DNA of 64,000 nucleotides from Escherichia coli (GTDB lineage Bacteria; Pseudomonadota; Gammaproteobacteria; Enterobacterales; Enterobacteriaceae): NCBI RefSeq assembly GCF_045037415.1, contig NZ_CP173438.1; one strand, 5' to 3'. Shown piece by piece: positions 61,929 to 64,000 of this stretch (position 1 is its first letter; each line of letters starts with the position of its first letter). The notes under the pieces were generated by a model. It saw only the letters and a program-made list of their open reading frames with translations, ran no database searches and was not told where the DNA came from. The position numbers and the translations under genes were made by a program.

Positions 61929-62178
61929 TTTTTTAACCTCAAGGTGAGACGTTTGCCGACTATAGTACGTCACAGAGCGGTACGGTGAAATTAGCAAAAT
62001 GTGCAAAGTCTTTTGCGAATTTAGCAAAAGTCTGATCTTTCTCTGATTCACCGATGCGGGATAAATATTTTCTGAAAATGACAATACTTAAATCAACTTC
62101 CCATAAGCTCCCACAGGAGAGATGTATTATGCAAATGATACAGGAGTTTTTCGGAAAAAATGATTATGGAGAATATAT

Positions 62179-62658
62179 ATGTCAAATATGATATACTTAT
62201 CAATTAAAGGGAAAATACAAGGTTTGATCTCTGAGGGTTGTGGTTCGTATGCATCTATTGGTAATAAATATCAAATAAATCATGTGGATGAAATTTTTGT
62301 TTTACAGTTCGACCATTCTTTAAGTCGAGAGTATAATGTAGTGCATCACCCCATAAAATTTTACAAGCCAATAGATAAATCCTCCCCTTTATTAAATGCC
62401 GCTCTTTCTGAAAATGAAGAGTTATCAGCTGTATTTAATTTTTATAGAATTAATTCTGGCGGTTGTATTGAAAGGTTTTACACAATTGAATTGCAAGGAG
62501 CACATTTATCGAATATTCTGACATGTTATCCACACTCAATTACACATGCGGGTAATCAGCCGGAAGAGGTCATTGTTCTTAATTATAAAAATATAACATG
62601 GAAGCACCATATCGCGAGTACGGAATCATATAGTTGTTGGGAAGAAAGGATTTTTTAA
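62179..62658 (+). CDS. hcp: Hcp-family protein (type VI secretion tube protein TssD), orphan copy
   Basis: 159 aa ORF with SD GGAGA; segments IYLSIKG, HHPIKFYKPIDKSSPLLNAALSENEELSAVFNFYRINSGG and EEVIVLNYKNITWKHHIASTESYSCWEE align with canonical Hcp motifs (TPFTFTKEIDSSSPYLYKA..., EFKWYRINDAGQEVEYF, ELRYEKITWTYKDGNIIHSDSWNE); AT-rich. Confidence 0.8.
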   Translation: MSNMIYLSIKGKIQGLISEGCGSYASIGNKYQINHVDEIFVLQFDHSLSREYNVVHHPIKFYKPIDKSSPLLNAALSENEELSAVFNFYRINSGGCIERFYTIELQGAHLSNILTCYPHSITHAGNQPEEVIVLNYKNITWKHHIASTESYSCWEERIF

Positions 62659-62660
62659 AT

Positions 62661-63371
62661 ATGAAAAGCGATCTCACTATAAAAAATAGATATTGTACAA
62701 TTCCACAAGCGAAGTTCCGTAAATGGGATGAAATGGACGTTTTACTCTGGAAGTTAGGAAAAAATGATTCGCGTCGCCGTTCAGGAGTATATTATTTAAA
62801 TGCTTATAAAGATGCATATGTACAATATAATAGAGACAAAATAATTAAATATGCATACGCCGCTGGAATTCGTCCAGAGTTACTGGGCGGCGTGGCCTGG
62901 ATTGAGTCAGGAGGTATGCCTGAAAATTATAAGTTTCAGATATATGAAACAAAAAGAATGATCGGATTGTTAGATATGCCTGAAAATAAAACATCATTTG
63001 GCTCAATGGGTATACAAATACGAACCGCAGCGATTACTCTAGGTCTAGACCCTTCAGAATTAACTACCAGAAATCAGTTAGAGTTAGCGACATGCCTAAT
63101 GGAGGATGATTTTACCTTTCAAATTGCTGCTACTTATTTAAGAGATCTTGTTCTTTTTGATTATCCCTCTTCGGCAACACTGTATATGACGAATGAGCAG
63201 TATATTATGGCTGGTATTAGATATAATCGTGGTGTTGAACGAGATTTGGGTTTTTTTATTTGTTTAATTAATAATTTGCCTGCACGTGATACAGATGATT
63301 ATAAATTCATCTCTTATGGTATGAGGTTGTTAGAGATTAGAGAACATATCAAAAAATTGATTAATGAGTAA
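62661..63371 (+). CDS. Putative Hcp-associated effector, lysozyme-like / lytic transglycosylase-like
   Basis: 236 aa from the ATG two nt after the hcp stop; motifs in lytic-transglycosylase order: VAWIESGG, IGLLDMPENKTS, GIRYNRGVE; AT-rich. Confidence 0.55.
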   Translation: MKSDLTIKNRYCTIPQAKFRKWDEMDVLLWKLGKNDSRRRSGVYYLNAYKDAYVQYNRDKIIKYAYAAGIRPELLGGVAWIESGGMPENYKFQIYETKRMIGLLDMPENKTSFGSMGIQIRTAAITLGLDPSELTTRNQLELATCLMEDDFTFQIAATYLRDLVLFDYPSSATLYMTNEQYIMAGIRYNRGVERDLGFFICLINNLPARDTDDYKFISYGMRLLEIREHIKKLINE

Positions 63372-63377
63372 TCAGAT

Positions 63378-63710
63378 ATGTTAAAAAAACAACTACTATC
63401 AATATTTGAAGCACTATTATATATAATGCTTACTTATTGGTTAATAGATTCTTTTTTTGCTTTCAATAAGTATGACTGGATGCTTGAGTCGGGAGACAAT
63501 ATTTGCAGTATACCTTCTGTTTCAGGCGAAGATCGTATATTACAAGCAATGATTGCAGCATTTTTTCTTCTGACACCACTTATTATTCTTATCTTAAGAA
63601 AACTCTTTATGCGGGAAATGTTCGAGTTTTGGCTATATGTATTCTCGCTCGTTATTTGTCTGGGTTGTGGTTGGTGGCTTTTTTGGGGACGGTTTATATT
63701 TTGCTATTAG
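63378..63710 (+). CDS. ygiZ: Small three-helix inner membrane protein, candidate immunity protein; positional equivalent of K-12 ygiZ
   Basis: 110 aa ORF with three hydrophobic segments; immediately downstream of the putative effector on the same strand; same size and position relative to qseC as the K-12 ygiZ gene (identity not sequence-verified). Confidence 0.55.
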   Translation: MLKKQLLSIFEALLYIMLTYWLIDSFFAFNKYDWMLESGDNICSIPSVSGEDRILQAMIAAFFLLTPLIILILRKLFMREMFEFWLYVFSLVICLGCGWWLFWGRFIFCY

Positions 63711-63755
63711 TAAAGTCTATGAGAGTCGTTTTAACGGCTCTCATAGACAGAGAAG

Positions 63756-64000
63756 TTACCAGCTTACCTTCGCTTCAAATCCACCTTGTTTCGCATTCCC
63801 AAAATCAACATTCATGCCATGCAATTTGGCGATTCGCTGGACAATCGATAGCCCAAGTCCACTGCCGGTAGCGGTTTGTCCGGGTGGGCGATAGAAGCGT
63901 TCGCCAATTCGCGCCAGTGCCTCTGGTGTCACACCAGGGCCGTTATCCCTCACGATGAAATTATCGGCATTCAGCGTGACGTCTACCACGCTACCTTGTG
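63756..64000 (-). CDS. qseC: Sensor histidine kinase QseC, C-terminal end; gene continues past the window
   Basis: Reverse-strand translation ends ...DNGPGVTPEALARIGERFYRPPGQTATGSGLGLSIVQRIAKLHGMNVDFGNAKQGGFEAKVSW (HATPase_c G1/G2 boxes); open to the window edge. Confidence 0.85.
   Translation of the reverse strand, partial: QGSVVDVTLNADNFIVRDNGPGVTPEALARIGERFYRPPGQTATGSGLGLSIVQRIAKLHGMNVDFGNAKQGGFEAKVSW

Noticed and set aside
62130-62195. 20-codon ORF MQMIQEFFGKNDYGEYICQI overlapping the hcp start
   Set aside because: No SD, overlaps the hcp ribosome binding site; most likely fortuitous.
53765-63750. Mobile-element signatures (integrase, transposase, IS inverted repeats, attachment-site duplications) at the borders of the iron-uptake and Hcp insertions
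   Set aside because: None recognised by eye; no ORF in the window resembles an integrase or transposase, so no mobile_element feature is reported.

Overview
This window reads as an Escherichia coli chromosomal segment in the reverse orientation to the K-12 map, running ebgA-ebgR-ygjH-patA-aer-yqjI-yqjH-ileX-mug-rpoD-dnaG-rpsU-tsaD-ttdTBA-ttdR-plsY-folB-uppP-cca-ygiM-ygiF-glnE-hldE-yqiK-yqiJ-glgS-ubiK-ribB-(fimbrial operon)-zupT-ygiD-(dsbI-dsbL-assT)-ygiC-ygiB-tolC-nudF-yqiB-cpdA-yqiA-parE-(TonB receptor/ABC iron-uptake locus)-ygiN-mdaB-(Hcp cassette)-qseC. Gene identities come from reading the supplied ORF translations against remembered protein families; no database search was run. Most of the window is core housekeeping DNA. 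The accessory content is: (1) an AT-rich orphan Hcp / putative lytic-transglycosylase-like effector / small membrane protein cassette between mdaB and qseC, which is the best candidate for an undescribed system; (2) a fit-like TonB-dependent siderophore uptake locus with an RpiR/SIS regulator between parE and ygiN; (3) the assT-dsbL-dsbI periplasmic sulfotransferase island; (4) an intact yqi-type chaperone-usher fimbrial operon; (5) a single Ibs/Sib type I toxin-antitoxin in the hldE-yqiK spacer. RNA features are tRNA ileX and the FMN riboswitch ahead of ribB. Hand-derived coordinates for non-ORF features may be off by 1-2 nt, because my manual position count disagreed with the ORF track by one base around 15.7 kb.
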